From: Eledone cirrhosa
Taxonomy: Eukaryota
Length of the DNA: 64,000 bases
Direction of reading: 5' to 3'
Assembly: GCA_964016885.1 (NCBI GenBank)
Contig: OZ024746.1
Coordinates: forward strand, 92,318,001 to 92,382,000
Below are positions 12,731-25,924 of this stretch, in pieces (position 1 is the stretch's first letter; each line of letters starts with the position of its first letter). The notes beneath the pieces were generated by a model that worked only from the letters and a program-made list of their open reading frames with translations, was not told the DNA's origin and ran no database searches. The position numbers and the translations under genes were made by a program.

Positions 12731-12861
12731 ATTCATGGTTCATACTGCTATAAAATACACACAAACAAACATGCATATATATGCATGTTTGTGTGTGTGC
12801 ATTTTATATATGTTTACATTTATGTGTTTGTATATCATATATAATGATAATAATAATAACC

Positions 12862-13121
12862 CTAACAGAACATTAAACAAATAGGGATCACAATATGGAT
12901 GGATCCCTTACAAAACCAGCATTGCTTGGAACAGCTCGAATACACCGGAGGGTACTCAAAAAATAAGGTTGTTACCTCAGTTTACTGGTACAGAACAACA
13001 CTGTAATAGATCTCCAGTGTTAGAAGCTGAGATAAGGGGTGTTACCTCAGTTTACTGTTAGTGAACAACACTGTAATACATCTCTAGTATTAGAAGCTGA
13101 GTGAAGAAACAATAATAATAA
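12862..13121 (+). mobile_element. R4/Dong-like LINE 3' fragment in (TAA)n
   Basis: Encodes KPALLGTARIHRRVL, close to the R4/Dong C-terminal motif; TAA repeats on both sides. Confidence 0.6.
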
Positions 13122-13199
13122 GGTGAAGAGGATTGGGGGAGGTGAAGAGGAGGAAGGTTTTACAAAATATACTTGGTTTTCACTTCAATTTATTATAGA

Positions 13200-14210
13200 C
13201 TTCCTGAGGCGATATGCAACATCAAGTTTGATGACATAGGGTAGCAACAGGCCACTTTACCTGTCAGGTATGGCGGCCTTGGCCTTTGGTCCCTGATCAC
13301 ACTAGCTTTGCTGGCGTATCTTTTGTCGGTAACCTCTGGCCGCGTCTTCGTCAGCAGGGTTCTTCAAAACAACAGAACCCTCAGTGTTCAGAGAACGTGA
13401 GGCCGCCTGTGGGACTTAGCCCAGTAGACGTCCCTCCTCCTTCTCCCCCTTGTTGACGTCAAGTCCCCCCAATGCACTTAGGATGCCATCCAGTGCAGCC
13501 TGGCCTCAGACAGGCTCATACGCCAGCTCGACCAGCACCGCCTTGCTTGTTTTCGTGCGGCCTCCAAACCCCACAGTGGTGCCTGGCTCCATGCTCTGCC
13601 CTCCTCCACTGGCACGTAGCTAGACAACCATAGCCTGCGCATCGGCGTTTCCCTGAGGCTCGGCCTCCGGATCTGCCAGCCACACCAATGTCGCTGCGGT
13701 TCCACCATGGACTCTTTCGGCCTCCACCCGCTTTCCTGTCGCCACAGTGCCGGTCGCATTCCACGCCATGCTGCCCTCAACGAGGTCATTAAGCATGGCT
13801 TGGACGCTGCAGGCTTCACTTCCCAGCTCGAGCCGGTGGGGCTGGATCGAGGGGACGGCAAAAGGCCAGATGGCATGACCATCTTCCCATTCCGCGGTGG
13901 CAAACCCCTCGTCTGGGATGCCACTTGCACCAACACTTTCTGCAGCCGCAACCTGGTACAGTCTGTGACTGACCCAGGTTCTGCTGCACGTCGGGCTGAG
14001 GGGGCCTAACTCCTCAAATACCGGTCGCTCTCCGGCAGGTTTGCGGTCGTACCCCTGGCAGTGGAGACTTCTGGTGTCCTCAGTCCCAGGGCTACCTCCT
14101 TACTCACCACCATAGGCGCTGAGCTGGCCAGCCGCAGGTGTGAGCCCCGCGAGTTAGTGTCTCCCTTGCCGTCCTCCGGGGAAACACCTTCTCCATTCTG
14201 TCCGCCGGGG
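13200..14210 (+). mobile_element. CRE-clade non-LTR retrotransposon 3' part (CCHC + restriction-like endonuclease)
   Basis: HQCRCG...HPLSC...RHAALN...GKRPDG...LVWDATC...AVETSG. Confidence 0.85.
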
Positions 14211-14259
14211 CTGTGGGTGGGCCCCATCGCGTACCGTTGTAGTTGTTGTAGAAGAAACA

Positions 14260-15000
14260 GGAAGACAACAACTGGAAAGTTTGATTTTCTACTTTATCAT
14301 ATAATTTATATATTGTCAAAGCTCTTTTGTCTCACATTCTGTGACCTCGTACATGGCTGATTGTTATTTTGTCTCTCCTTTCATCTGTCCTACACCATCT
14401 TGTTTTTGTGTGTTGCTTGTTGTGTATTTGGGCTGCACATGCATTATATTTGGGTGTGTGTGTGTTTTATTTATACGTTTATTTCTTGTCACTAGTTGGT
14501 TGTGTGTTCTATCTGTGTGTGTCTGGTTTGTTTTATTAGTTTGGTTCTTTGTGTGTCTCTATGTCTTTATTTTGTTCTTAGCTACTAGTTGTGACATTGT
14601 TGTTATTCCTCTCATGTTTTCTGTTTAATTTTGGTTGGAGTTCATTTATGTTTGTCACTTCCGTAATCTGTCGGAGCATTGAGTCTTTTCTGTGTGGATG
14701 ATTTTCATTCCTATGTTCTCTAGTGTGCTCCCATGTTCCATTTATGTGGAGTACTGATGAGTTTTTCCCACCCTAGAGTTCTCCCCAATGTTCATTTAAC
14801 CGTTCTCCTATGCTACGGGCTGTCTCACCTATGTAAGTCTTGTTCCTATTTCTACACTGCCCTGCCGTACATCTTATGCTATATACTATGTTCCTAGTTT
14901 TGCAGTTAATTTGTGGGCTTAATTTGTATGCTATACACTTTCTATTAGTGCAGGTTTTCTCAAAAGGATATGTTCTACTAATTAGGGCTTTCATAACAAC
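14260..15000 (-). mobile_element. Penelope-like GIY-YIG 3' fragment plus pLTR
   Basis: NIVYSIRC...TYIGETARSIGERLNEH; pLTR similar to 35770-36200. Confidence 0.85.
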
Positions 15001-15539
15001 CTCCCTAGTGTTGGTGATTTACATGATAAACCCACCCAATAAACACAGCCAGTACAACTTCACCCCATACTGTTGATAACAAAGCTAATTTGGCTGCCTC
15101 CACGTAATTCTTTGTTTTTATTTTCTTATTTTTACTTAACTAAATATAATGCCACTATCAGGGATCAGTAACTTACTTTTGAAATGACCCACATTTGATT
15201 GTTTTAATTTTGTCCATGGCCCACGTGTTATACCATATCTTACATATAAAAATTTGAAAATGTCCAAGGTGCTCAGAGGACACTCTCAATGGCCCACATG
15301 TTGCTGACTCCTCATCTCAGACCCATGCACATTTTCATTTGTCTCATCATCTTGGCGTGCTGCACAGATTGCAACACTCTCGTTCTTCATACAACTCTGT
15401 CATCCATTGTTCGTAGTTGGTCCTCTGGATTGCACTCAGCATATCTTTACTTAGCTGTTTCATGTAGGTCCTCTCTGCTCTCCAACTGTGTCCTGCATTA
15501 AACATATTCACACAAGCTCATAAAAGAAATGTGATTGAT

Positions 15540-15860
15540 TTATTGTGTAATGAAAGAAGAGCTGAGAGAAAAACTGAAATGTAGTAAGCAAGAAATAAAA
15601 TGTCTCTGGTATGGACACAGGGTGCGTATGGATGAAGATCGTTGCATGAAGATATGTCAGAAGACCCAACTGGAAGTAAGCTGTCAAAAAGGAAGACCGA
15701 AGAAAAGCTGGGCAGAGATTGTGAGAGCTGATCTAAAGAAAGGTGAACCTTCCAGATTAGATGAAGGAGCACAACAGATGAGGAGAGAAGCTGTCTTAAA
15801 AAAGACCCATCCAAGTCATTCAAGCATGGAAAAACATGTAAAATGGTGATGATGATGATG
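15540..15860 (+). mobile_element. RTE LINE 3' fragment
   Basis: LWYGHRVRM...GRPKKSW; (GAT)n tail. Confidence 0.8.
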
Positions 15861-16179
15861 AAAATCTGTTTGTTTCAATTAAGTAGAGAAGTTGTTTTCA
15901 CATGGTCCAAGTAGTGGAGCCAGAGTGAAACTATAATCTATTTGACACACAACATTGAAAGTAAACAAATATGATACTAGCAAGTGTAGATGTATTTGTT
16001 GCTAGGTACATGAGATATTTACATGTCTTGAATGAAATGGCAAGGAAAGAGGCTGAACACAGAACCAGAGATATATAGCATTTCACATACCACCATACAC
16101 TATTTCCTACACCCTTCTATTCACGTGTATGTATGTATTTGTGGTATGTGTATATATATGTATATAATATAGTAATATA

Positions 16180-16865
16180 CGTGAACGGCAAAGCATAAAC
16201 AAACTAAGGAAAAAATTAGAAATAAGAGGGATCAGATGTTGTTTACTCGAGAGAAGGCTACGTTGGTATGATCACGTGATGCGCATGAAAGACAACAGCT
16301 GTATAACAAAGTGCAGGACAATAAAGATAGACGATAGCCACGGAGTAGGCAGACCCAGAAAAACCTGGGACGAGCTGATAAATTCCGACCTCACACACTT
16401 ACACCTCTCCAAGACAATGTCACTGGACTGAGACCTTTGGCGGTACTCAGTAATAGAGAAGACCCGCCTTACCTAAATAGAAAGTAAAACCTACTACAGT
16501 CAGTAGGCATCTCTAACAAAATACACCCCCGTCCCACCACCCCACCCCATCCACACCGCCCCTTCAATATAAAGTTATGTTGGTGCCACAACATCCAGGC
16601 CAAAACAAATGAGATCGTGTAGGTGTCATGACAAAAAAACACACAGTCCACGCTGTAATGTGGCCGTGTAGGCAACACGGTAAAAACCTCCCAGACCCAC
16701 ACTGTAAATGTGGTTGGTGTTAGGAAGGGCATCCAACTGTAGAAAACCCGCCAGACAGTCCTATGCGAGCAAGACAACCACTCTTGCCTCAAGTGGGAAA
16801 ACTCCCGTCCAAACCCATGCAAGCATGGAACACGGACGTTAAACGATGATGATGATGATGATGAT
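16180..16865 (+). mobile_element. RTE LINE 3' end with UTR and (GAT)n tail
   Basis: RRLRWYDHVMRM...GRPRKTW; related pieces at 24585-24952, 25230-25638, 34481-34620(-). Confidence 0.85.
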
Positions 16866-17210
16866 ATAGTTTGTAATGGTGTATGTATGTATATAATGTA
16901 TGCATACATATATATATATATATATATATAATATATTAACAAATGGAAACTATATTTATAAAACCATATTTATTTTATTATACATATTTCAAGGGCCACC
17001 AAGGCAAATTATGGTGCGCTTTCATAAGATAAAATTCAATACAGATTAGTTTTATAAATAAATATTAACATACCCTGAAAAAAGACAACCTTAACGTTTG
17101 GAGCTTCCTGGATAGGAATTGTATATTTACTCCACCATACTGTTGAGTGCTTTATATCAGTTATAAAAATGTTTAAGCTTGTTGAATCCCAACAAATTAA
17201 ATATAACCTC

Positions 17211-17254
<44 letters not shown>

Positions 17255-17343
17255 ATGTATATATATATATATATATATATAATGTATATATATATATATA
17301 TAATGTATATATATATATATATGAATATATATATATATATATA

Positions 17344-17673
17344 ATAACTAGAAATTGATTAACATATAAATAAACATGAATAATCACAGCAGATAATCTT
17401 TACAAGTGTGTAACCACACATAGCTAGGTTGGTAACTAAATAAAGTTGACCAGAACTTCAAAAATATATACCTTATAATATGATTAATTGGTGAAATATA
17501 TTTCTTTAATGGAATATATACAGGGAAGATTAATCATATTATAAGGTATATATTTTTGAAGTTCTGGTCAACTTTATTTAGTTACCAACCTAGCTATGTG
17601 TGGTTACACACTTGTAAAAATTATCTCCTGTGATTATTCATGTTTATTTATATGTTAATCAATTTCTAGTTAT
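17344..17673. repeat. Long inverted repeat (~145-bp arms, ~40-nt loop)
   Basis: 17344-17488 is a near-perfect reverse complement of 17529-17673. Confidence 0.9.
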
Positions 17674-17797
17674 AAAATGCTCGGACCTACTCGTTAGAAT
17701 CTTAGAGCTTATTTTGCGGGTGATATGGCGCATGTCTTTCTGGTATGACACCCATAATTTTGATTTAGATTAAATTCATTTGATTTATCTTAATTTT

Positions 17798-17831
<34 letters not shown>

Positions 17832-17863
17832 GAATGATGGTGAATGATATATATATATATATA

Positions 17864-20326
17864 TAGTGAGTCATCGATATACGGTATATATGCGTTCCTG
17901 AAACCCTTACCGTATATCGAATTACCGTATAAAGAACCCATTATAACATGAAATAGATAGGGATGCGTTCCAGCACATAGAGAAAGTCATTCCTACAGAA
18001 AAGAAATAATGTTTTTTTTTTATTTACTGTACCTTACACATGCCGCGTAGTCCATCAGATGATATGCCTCTTCATTTGTCCCTCCCGAGGCTAAGGGACA
18101 GTATGGGTTTCAGCACTTACTCTTCTTGGGCTAAGTTGGCAGGGGAGGATGAGGGTGATGTGGGAGGCTCAAAACCAACAAACTCGTCGACTGCAGTGGA
18201 TGTTGAAGGGCCAGCTGTAGCACGGTTGGCAGGTGTGACTGGCTTGAAGAAAGAGTAGATGGAGGACTGTTTGGCGGTGTTTCTTTTGGCTTCATACATT
18301 TCTTGGTAAATCTTGACGCTTTTCTCGACGTCTTGAGCCACTTTGCTGCTCCTAGCAGGGTTGGGGTCATGCTCCTAGCAGGGTTTCTAAGATTGTTTCG
18401 ATACTCCCGAGACATTCTCTTAGAGATTTTATGTCCAAGCCATGCACAGGTTCTTCTTCCTCCTCTTCTTCTTTTTCTGTCTCCTGTATCGCCTTGTCTA
18501 GTTCTATGAGTTCATCATTGGAGAGTGGTTCAGCGTGGCTTTACAAAAGGTCTTGCATATCATCATCATTAACATCGAAGCCAGCTCTATGGCAGAGATT
18601 TACAATATCTTTTTTTATCACACCAATGTCCTCAGCAAAGCCTTGGAAGTCATTCACACATGCTGGCCATAGTTTCTTCCAGGCCAAGTTCATAGACTGC
18701 TTCACTTCTTCCCAAGATGCCTTGATGTTGTCTAAGCCATGCTTGATGTTGTACAATTTCCACCATTCCCTGATCGTGGGCTTGTCAGGCCCATCTGTGT
18801 CCTTTATCAGCTGCTGCATGGTTCTCCGCTGGTAGTATGCCTTAAATGTTTTGATGACTGCTTGATCCATCGGCTGAATGAGAGCTGTGGTGTTTGGGGG
18901 GAGAAACAAAACCTCAATATTTTCTGACCAGTCTTCCATTGCCCATGGGTGGCTGGAGGCGTTGTCCACTAATAACAGAAAATGGTTGGCAATGTTGTTA
19001 GCTAATGCATATTCCTTAAGGGTTGGTGACAGATATGAGGTGAAAAAATCCTGGTGAATTGAAGTGATCAGCCATGCCTTCTTATTAGACTTCCATATCA
19101 CTGGTAGGTATTGCTTAAGTAACCCCTTGAGTGCTCTTGGAATTTCAGAATGGTAGATAATGAGTGGGTTTAGCTTTAAATCTCCTTCTGCATTCCCTCC
19201 AAGTAACAGAGTAACGCGGTCCTTTGAGGCTTTGTACCCCTTCACACTTTTCTCCTCCTTGTCAATATAAGTATTACTGGTCATCTTTTTCCAATAAAGT
19301 CCTGTTTCATCATAATTAATAACCTGTTTTTTGCTGTTCCCATTCTCTGCAATGCCTTTCTCTAACTCTGCCTTGAATTTTTCAGCACTCTCTTTGTCAG
19401 AACTGGCAGCCTCACCTGTAACCGTTTGAACTTATCAAACCAGCCTTTGCTTGCCTTGAATACAAAGTTCTCCACCCCCATTTCAGTCTTGAGCCTGTCA
19501 ATAATGGACAATGCTTTCTCACTGATTACATTTAAAGACAGAGGCATATTTTGACGATTTTGGTCGTTGATCCAAATTTTGAGCAACTTTCCATCCTATC
19601 CATAATTGGCTCACGATGTTTGGTCAACAATTTACTCTGTAGGCTCGTAGCATTCTCCCCAACTTTTTTGACAGCCTCACTATTTTTTAAAACAGTCTAG
19701 ACTGTAGACTGGGCTAGGCCTAATTACGACTTATAGCGGACGTACCTTGCCCCTTTTCCTTCCTTTTCAAAATGTCCAGCTTTATCTCCAAAGTCAGGCT
19801 CGTCCTCATGCGTTTGGACTTTCCATCTGCATCAGCAATATTTGCAGGACGTTTTGGAGCCATGAGATATGGGGTTATAAGATATGCTGTGATAATTATG
19901 CTCCAAAAACACGCCGTCGGGTTTTCTCTTACTTTGAATGACGTCATAATTCTTAACTGATCACTTCAGTTCGGCAAAAATTCTCTCACTGAGAGGACAT
20001 GCTAGTTTGCCAAACTGAAGTGATCAATGACGTCATCGACCGATATCTGAACTCGCTCGTGATTGGCCAGTTTCTCGGTAAGGTCAGTTAGTACGATAGC
20101 AGTAGTAAAACAATTTTCCTAGAATTCGAATAGCAGTCAGTTTCCACGAATTCAAGGGGGAATTTATTGCTTACTACAGGTGGCGCTACGGTACAATATA
20201 GACAAAACACGACCAAAAACTGTATCTGTGAATTTTTTTTACCGTAAATAGAATTGATGGTAGTAATTACCCAAAACCGTATCTGTGAATTTACCGGATA
20301 AAGAACTGTATATCGAGGACCCACTG
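17864..20326 (-). mobile_element. Full-length decayed Tigger/pogo DNA transposon
   Basis: TIRs tagtgagtcatcgatatacggt / actgtatatcgaggacccactg; CENP-B-like HTH (FKASKGWFDKFK) and DDE domain (LLLVDNASSHP, FLPPNTTALIQPMDQ) split by frameshifts. Confidence 0.92.
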
Positions 20327-21433
20327 CATATATATATTATTAGATTTATTATAATGAGGCTAACCGACCATTCATATGACTTCGGATCTTTTTAATGCTA
20401 TATTTATATATATATATATATGTGTGTTCATTTGTGTTAATATATCTATATATTTGTGTGTGTGCATATATATATATGTGTGTGTATATATAATGGAACG
20501 TATGAATGACACAAGGTCAGCTGACACCTCTAGGAGATGGTAACTTTAAATAAAACCAAATCATGTAAAGGTTATAGGGTCTTTTCCTTGATTTGTTTTT
20601 GAGATAGATTTGATTAGGGCATTATTAGTTGAGGTAAAGTTGTGGCATATACTATGATAATGCGATTTCACCTTGTGTAAGGTACTTATGACGGCAGGGA
20701 CTGAGGGTGTGTGATAAGCCATAGTGAATTTAAAACAAGATGCTAACATCATTTGAGCAGTATTGATGGAGTATTTTCCACGTGGTACTCATGGCAGCAT
20801 TGGAGAGAATTAACACCAGGTTAAGACCTTTTGAGCCTCCAAGCACTTAAAAGGCCCCCAACACATATATAAAGTCTGGAATGATATGTGCATTTAATTT
20901 GAATAAAATGGGGCTCCTGTCTTCTTGGTGCCCTAAGCATATGTTTATTTTGCTGCTTCATCCAACCCTAGAGAGAATAGAGTCTGAGATATTTTGTGCT
21001 GGTGACACAATAAAAAGCACCCAGTCCAATCTGTCAGCTGGTTGTGCTGGTGACACAATAAAAAGCACCCAGTCCATGCTGTAAATGTGGTTGGTGTTAG
21101 GAAGGGTATTCAGCCATAGAAACAGTTCTGTATGAGCAAGACATGGTCATCTGATCTGACTTGTCTCACAATGAGACAACTTGTCTAACCCATGCTAGTG
21201 TGGAAAATGGATATTAAACAGTGATGATAATGATGGTCCTAAATATTCAAAGGACATTTTTTTTTCTTATAATTGACTTCCAGTGTGACCCAATTTTCTT
21301 ATTCTGTTTGTTATGGGGAGACCACAGCAAGTAACAATATCCAAGGGGAGACCAAGCAAAGCTAGAAAATAGTAGAATATTGGCATTTGGATCTGCAGGA
21401 AAACATGGCGGCTTTATTTGTTGATGTCGTACT

Positions 21434-21480
21434 TCAGCTTGTTATTGACAACCAAGTCTCATCTAACACCTTGACTGGTT
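21434..21480 (-). CDS. Candidate nested antisense gene, exon 3: (E)PVKVLDETWLSITS*
   Basis: Acceptor ttctttctcttccattggtag; phase 1 matches exon 2; TGA followed by AATAAA (21418-21413). Confidence 0.35.
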
Positions 21481-21913
21481 CTACCAATGGAAGAGAAAGA
21501 ATATGGTTGATTGCATTATCATCGTCATCATTTACTGTGGGTTGGCTGGGTTATGACAGACCCAGTCAGTACTTGCAGCTACTGACCATTCAGAGAAGCT
21601 GTGACTACAGCTCATTTACATACATTCCCATACTTTACATCTTTTCCAAAGTGGATTAACTCAAATGCTTCCTAGTTTGGCAGCATATTGGATGCCAAGC
21701 AGATTAAATCTAAGTTCTGTCAGGTCACCTACTGCATTGTTAACTTGCAGAAGCTTAACCATTTTTAAAAACTTTTCCTATATTTGATGAAAGGCAGTGA
21801 ATTGGGAGAGTCATTAGAATGTCAGATGGAATGCTTCGAGGATATTCGTTCTGACTGTCTGCCCTCTCAGTTCAAATATATTAAGTTATTATCTTAGTAA
21901 TGGAAATACTTAA

Positions 21914-22102
21914 CACATATACTCAAATATAAGCTGACCCCACTATTTCATGTCTGAGAAATAGGCAAAAATCTAAAACTTATTTACGTAGAATTTGAAG
22001 TTGGTAAATCGTCAAAATATTGATCTCGAATATAAGCCAACCCCCTTCTACCATTGATTATTTGGTCACATATTCCACAGCTTATATTTGGGTATATATG
22101 GT
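21914..22102. mobile_element. Tc1/mariner-superfamily (Tc2-like) MITE remnant
   Basis: tatactcaaatataagc ... gcttatatttgggtatata inverted termini. Confidence 0.55.
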
Positions 22103-22198
22103 AATAATTTTAGTAAATCCCTCCAAATTCTTTATTAATTAATTGAAATGGAAAGTATTTCATGACAATATGGCGAATAAAATGTTAAAAGTACTTAC

Positions 22199-22268
22199 CA
22201 CCATTGTACAACTGTAAACTGACATACCTGTATTTATAGGTAGAGATCGTTAAGTGTAAACTGTTTTT
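22199..22268 (-). CDS. Candidate nested antisense gene, exon 2: KNSLHLTISTYKYRYVSLQLYNG
   Basis: Acceptor tcttgtccaatactcattag, donor GTG|gtaagt, 70 nt open, phase 0 to 1. Confidence 0.35.
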
Positions 22269-22728
22269 CTAATGAGTATTGGACAAGATTGTGGCTGGAT
22301 ATAAGCCATTTATTACACTGTTCATCAATTAACCAGTAGCAACTCTTTCATGTTGTTGTTGATGTTTATCACCAGGTCAGCTCTAATCTATGACAATCGT
22401 GTTCCAGCCATGACCATCCTATCATTTTTTTTTTCAAATACACAGCACCTAGGATAACATAATCCAATGTTTTCTAAGATTGTTTGATGTGATTTGAAGA
22501 GATTTATTTCCAACAGTTGAGTGACTATGTAGAGCAGTGATTCCTAATATGGAGCATACACCCCACCCGGGTGGGGTGGGGTAGGGGAATTTGAATATTT
22601 AAAGAGGGGTGGGGGCAATTTGAATGTTTAAAGGGAGCATTTTTAAAATGATGTTAATGAGAACAAACTTCAGATTTTACCTTATTACTTTTACACCAAG
22701 GTAACTTTGGTACACTCTCAAAGTATAA

Positions 22729-23290
22729 TCTACTATATAAATGGCAATTTCTGTCTGTCTGTGTGTAACCAGTTGGCATCTAAACCAGTGATCTGATCCT
22801 GATGAAACTTTACACACATGTTAAGCTAATATTCAGAAACAGGACTGGCTAATTGGATTTCAATCCTGAGGACATTAAACCCTTCCACTACTCCCCTTCC
22901 ACCTCCCACAACTCAGTCCTCCAAAACGAGTCAACAACTTATTTGTTTTTTTGTTCTTCATTCTGTAGAGAAAGAGAGAGGAGATAAGAGAGAGAGGGGG
23001 GATTAGAAAGAGAAAGAGAGAGAGGGGATTAGGGAAGAGAGAGAAAGAAAAATGATAGTATAATTCGATAACTAACTTTTATTTATTTATTTTATAAACA
23101 CTTCTTAAATAACTCCCTTCTTAACGTTACTTCTCTTTCTCTCCCTCTTTCACAAAAGTCTTAATGAGACTGTGTGCACGCATGCACGTGTGTGTGTGTC
23201 TTGTGTTCTTAAATTAGAGACAAGTGTGTGTGTGTGTATTTATCACTATACATAAGATAGTACATATATATCTCAGTCTACTGTCTCATG

Positions 23291-23323
<33 letters not shown>

Positions 23324-23981
23324 GAAGCAAAAAGGAAAGGTTATATGTGACACCTCTATCTACTAGAAATATTAGCAAAATCCATTTCAAATCACAGCGA
23401 ACAGTCTTACACACACACACACACACATGCATGTGTGTGTATGATTGTCATGGAAGCCACTATAACTGTTGGTGTACCTAAAAGAAATAGAAAACAAATC
23501 TCCCTCAAACAAGATCCTACTGCCATAGAGGTAAAAATTGGTGAAAGCTACTGTGTAAAAATTTTAATTAACCCAGGCTCTGCCTCACTTTGATAAATTT
23601 ATCTTTTTATTTTATTTTATTTTATTTTATTTATGCGTTTTAAAATAGCCTTCACATTTTGTTTGAATTTCAGAGGTTCTGATTGTGCAAAAGAAAAGGA
23701 TAAATAAAATCTAAATTTATTTTTTTGGTCATGCCCTTTTCACTGACAACATGCCTTATGATTCTTCCAAGTACGAAGCATTATATATGCTGACTGTAAT
23801 AAGGAGCAAGCAGTATTTAAAAAATCTCCACTGGACAAAACTAATAATATTTTTATCTACATGATTTGCTTTAAACAAACGGCAATAAATATTCTGCTAT
23901 AATTCCTACTTTAGTAAAAATTCAGTAATCATATTTGTAACTTTAATAAAATACCCGGGAATCACCGGGTAGCTCAGCTAG
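22729..23981 (+). mobile_element. Non-autonomous Helitron
   Basis: A|TCTACTATATAAA 5' end with ctgt repeats; 3' hairpin tacccgg-gaatca-ccgggta then CTAG|T; no TSD. Confidence 0.8.
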
Positions 23982-24024
<43 letters not shown>

Positions 24025-24029
24025 TGTAT

Positions 24030-24345
24030 GGCACATGGCTTGCAATCGAAAGGTTGTGAGTTCAATTCTCGGACCGGGTGATGTGTTGTTTCCTTGAGCA
24101 AGACACTTTATTTCACATTGCTCCAGTTTACTCAGCTGTAGAAATGAGATGATAGGACTGGGGTCCCTATCATTCCACTACAAAGTGGTTGTGGGGGTGC
24201 CACGGCAAAAAAGCACCCAGCACTCACTGTAAATGAGGTTGGTGTTAGGAAGGGCATCCAGCTGTAGAAATCAAGCCAGAATCAGTTCCCGTCCCATCCT
24301 TGCAAGCAGGGAAAAGCAGACGTAAAATGATGATGATGATGATGT
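24030..24345 (+). mobile_element. tRNA-derived SINE with RTE-like tail
   Basis: B-box gagttcaattc, core ccttgagcaagacactt, gttaggaagggcatccagc, (GAT)n tail. Confidence 0.8.
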
Positions 24346-24952
24346 AATATATAAATATTATATATTTCTATATTTGGCACAAGGCCAGCAATTACCCAGT
24401 GCATTACTGGTACTTTATTTTATTGACCTCATAAGGATGAAAGGCAAAGTTAACCTCGGCGGGATTTGAACTCAGATCATAAAGGGCCGTAACTCTATGC
24501 GTCAAAGCATGGTGTTCGACCCTCCACCAATACTGCCAATCCACTGCCCTTTAGTAATATATATATATATATCTTGCCTAAGTACAAAGCGAAACCTACA
24601 GTCAGTAGGCACCCCATCTCATTACCCAAACTCCCCCACCCCCATCAACACCACCCTTTTCTCTGTAAAGTTATGTTGGTACCACAACATCAGTCTTAAA
24701 TAAATGACGTCATGTAGGTGTTACGACAAAAAAAACACAGTCCATTCTGTAATGTGGTGGCCATGAGGTAACACGGTAAAAACCTCCCACTCCACACTGT
24801 AAACGTGGTTGGTGTTAGGAAGGGCATCCAGCCGTAGAAAACCTACCAGAGAGTCCTATACGAACAAGATGATCAATCTTGCCTCACGTGGGACAATTCC
24901 CGTCTAAACCCATGCTAGCGTGGAAGATAGCCGTTAAACGATGATGATGATG

Positions 24953-25869
24953 ATATTGTTATATATATATATATATATATAACAATATATATATATTGTT
25001 ATATATATATATATTGTTATATATATATATTGTTATATATATATATATAACAATATATATATATATTGTTATATATATATATATTGTTATATATATATAT
25101 TATTATATATATATATATATATTGTTATATATATATATATTGTTATATATATATATTGTTATATATATATATATATATAACAATATATATATATTGTTAT
25201 ATATATATATATTGTTATATATATATATTGGCGGTACTCAGTAACAGAGAAGACCCGCCTTGCCAGTAGGCATCTCTAACAAACTACACCCCGTCCCGCC
25301 ACCACCCCCACCCCATCCACACCACCCCGTTCTATGTAAAGTTATGTTGGTGCCGCGCCATCCAGGCCGAAACAAATGAGATCGTGTAGGTGTCACGACA
25401 AAAAAACACACAGTCCACGCTGTAATGTGGCCGTGTAGGCAACACGGTAAAAACCTCCCAGACCCACACTGTAAATGTGGTTGGTGTTAGGAAGGGCATC
25501 CAACTGTAGAAAACCTGCCAGACAGTCCTATGCGAGCAAGACAATCACTCTTGCCTCAAGTGGGACTACCCCCGTCCAAACCCATGCAAGCGTGGAACAC
25601 GGACGTTAAACGTTGATGATGATGATGATGATGATGATATTGTTATATATATATTGTTATATATATATTGTTATATATATATATTGTTATATATATATAT
25701 ATTATATATATAATATATATATATATTATATATATATATATTATATATATATATTATATATATATATTATATATATATATATATTATATATATATATTAT
25801 ATATTATATATATATATATATTATATATATATATATATTATATATATTATATATATATTATATATATTG

Positions 25870-25924
<55 letters not shown>

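Noticed and set aside
18541-19284. Active or domesticated Tigger transposase
   Set aside because: The coding region is split by several frameshifts and stops while the TIRs remain, indicating a decayed transposon copy
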